The translations under genes were made by a program, and so were the position numbers. The notes beneath the pieces are model-generated. The model saw nothing but the letters and a program-made list of their open reading frames with translations, was not told the DNA's origin and made no database searches. Of a stretch of DNA of 64,000 nt, positions 61,740 to 64,000 are shown piece by piece. The stretch comes from Mytilus edulis (taxonomy: Eukaryota). The number at the start of each line of letters is the position of its first letter. Within the stretch, counting starts at the first letter, position 1. The DNA lies in the NCBI RefSeq assembly GCF_963676685.1, contig NC_092355.1:11656001-11720000 (forward strand), given 5' to 3'.

Positions 61740-62560
61740 TGACATTCCTGAAAAAAATGTCCACTACGAAACGAAGTCATAACATTTTGCTATAAACCAG
61801 TTTTATAAAATCAAAGTTTGCAAGAGATATAAACATTAGGGTCTTACAAAAGAAGTGATGCTTTTATAATGGCAGTTAAATTGTTGGAAATTAACATTGA
61901 GCACATCAAATGCATTAGAGTGATACCGGTTTTTTTTAATGTCCACTACTAAACAAGTCAAATCTCCTTGAGAATCGGGTTTTAAAATTATGAAAAAATA
62001 TCAGTGTACAGCTAAGTATGTGCTTTGATGAAGAATATCATTGTTACTATAGCAATATAAGGATTGTGGGGAAAGAAAATGAAATATGTGAATATGTCCA
62101 CTACGTAACGGTCAACTACGAAACAAATATGGGAGAAAAACGTTTCGTAGTAGACACTACCACAACAATGCAATCTTTTTTTACTCTTTTTTTCAAATAT
62201 ATTCGGGCAAAATAAATAACAAATAACAAGTGCCAGTTTCTTGTAATTTTTAGTATGTTTTTATCATCATAGAATAGTGTTGATGTCAACTACGAAACTT
62301 TTTGTCCACTGACGAAACGGTTGTGTCAACTACGAAGCTCATCAAAATGTCCACTGCGTAACATGAGTTGTAACTTCATATGTGAAGTATTGTCTAACCT
62401 GTATCGATAAAAAATGCGTCTCCAATTCAGAATAAAATGATTTATCTATTAAATAAAGTAAAACAAACTGGAATATCAATAGGATACATTAAAATGCGAT
62501 ACGATGTGCGTTTAGGAGCAATTTCCTAGTGGACAAATGCCTCCTACGAGACAGTATATA
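61740..62560. repeat. Cluster of dispersed TGTC(C/A)ACTACGAAAC motifs, probable DNA transposon subterminal region
   Basis: About nine direct copies at 61758-62362 and an inverted copy (TTTCCTAGTGGACA) at ~62522-62535. Confidence 0.55.
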
Positions 62561-64000
62561 CATTAGGGAAAACAAAATCATTTTAAAGAGTAATTAAGTT
62601 TACACCTTTTATTCACAAATAGGTATATCAATAAAATTGAGAAAGGAAATGGTGAATATGTCAAAGCGACAACCACCCGACCATAGAGCAAACAACAGCC
62701 GAATGCAACCAATGGGTCTTCAATGTAGCGAGAATTCCCGCACCCGTAGGTGTCCTTCAGCTGGCCCCTAAAATATGCATAATAGTACAGTGATAATGGA
62801 CGTCATACTAAACTCCGAATTATACACAAGAAACTAAAATTTAAAATCATACAAGACTAACAAAGGCCAGAGGCTCCTGACTTGGGACAGGCGCAAAATT
62901 GCGGCGGGGTTAAACATGTTTATGAGATCTCAACCCTCCCCCTATACCTCTAGCCAATGTAGAAAAGTAAAAGAATAACAATACGCACATTAAAATTCAG
63001 TTCAAGAGAAGTCCGAGTCTGATGTCAAAAGATGTAACAAAAGAAAATAAATAAAATGACAATAATACATAAATAACAACAGACTACTAGCAGTTAACTG
63101 ACATGCTAGCTCCAAACCTATTATAGCTGACTATGGTTTATGGGCTTTGCCCATTCCTGGCGGCCGTACACTGACCTTCAGTTGTTAATTTCTGTGTCAG
63201 TTTGTTCTTTGTGGAAGAGTTGTCTAGTTTGCAATTATAGTATACTACATCATTCTTTTTTGTTTTACATTTGTCACTGGACATAAAAAAATAAACTTCG
63301 ATACTTCTATTTTATTACATCATTTAGCTTACACAATTGATTTGTGATGTTCGTTCGTTGTTTATAATTGTTAGCAAACCTTGATTTTGAGTTCACTTTC
63401 AATATGATACATTTGACCTATTGATATATGTGCAATGGCAGACCAGAATAGTTTATCCATATCTTAGCGTGATTAGATTTGTAAAAATTGTTCTGTTGCA
63501 CAAACAAACTGATTTACATCACTGCATTGCCAACAAGCACAGCTATCCAAAGCCATTAACGAGAAAATAAATGTTACAATCAATAAAGCTCTAATTCATG
63601 TACAAAAAAATAACGAAAAACATAATGAAGATAACATTGATTTGTTACGGAATAAAATGAACACACATCCATCCGGAGTTGTCTTTCTTCAAACAGAGGT
63701 TGGAAAATAATGTTATCGACATTATATAACAGTGAATGTTATTGAATAAGATCTAAAAACTATCAGATTATAACATGGCTTTTTCAAATCTATTTTTGAA
63801 GCAAAGCCAAACTATTTCAATTCAAATATTATTGAAAATAGATAGTTTTGGGATAAACGTTCGGGAAGTATTTTTTTCATTAATTAGAGTTTTACCTGGG
63901 ACATCACTTGATCTGATCGCGCCAAAAATACCCTCCCCCTTTTTTCCTTTTTTTGCCCTTCCACCCCAGAAATCTACCTTCAAATACTGTTGCACCCAAA

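Noticed and set aside
629-62215. Most remaining 60-130 aa ORFs in the track
   Set aside because: They are antisense shadows of real ORFs, repeat-derived, or chance frames in AT-rich DNA with no motifs or splice support.
61740-62560. CRISPR-like array
   Set aside because: Repeats are short and degenerate, spacing is irregular, the context is eukaryotic, and there are no cas genes.

Overview
AT-rich, intron-containing animal DNA. The repeat families and the expanded Mab-21 genes suggest a bivalve mollusc such as Mytilus; this is inference, not a search result. Four host genes were reconstructed from splice sites and exon phases: (1) the 3' half of a UPA-like plus death-domain protein (384-5314, +); (2) a small multi-exon membrane protein of unknown family behind a tandemly duplicated promoter (about 11.4-16.7 kb, +); (3, 4) two paralogous cGAS-like/Mab-21 nucleotidyltransferase (cGLR) genes on the minus strand. 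Each cGLR has a homologous upstream coding exon that the ORF track does not link to it. That exon is intact in cGLR-A and frameshifted in cGLR-B. Mobile DNA includes a young Penelope-like element with a perfect ~645-bp inverted terminal duplication and minimal hammerhead ribozymes; a ~130-bp hammerhead mini-element; a tRNA-like repeat with a hammerhead-like motif; an intact Ngaro-type tyrosine-recombinase retrotransposon nested in an older opposite-strand relative at a 10-bp shared core; a 4.2-kb fold-back Academ-like (XPG) element; a decayed L1/Tx1 LINE; and several MITEs. All family assignments come from motif reading, and no database searches were run.
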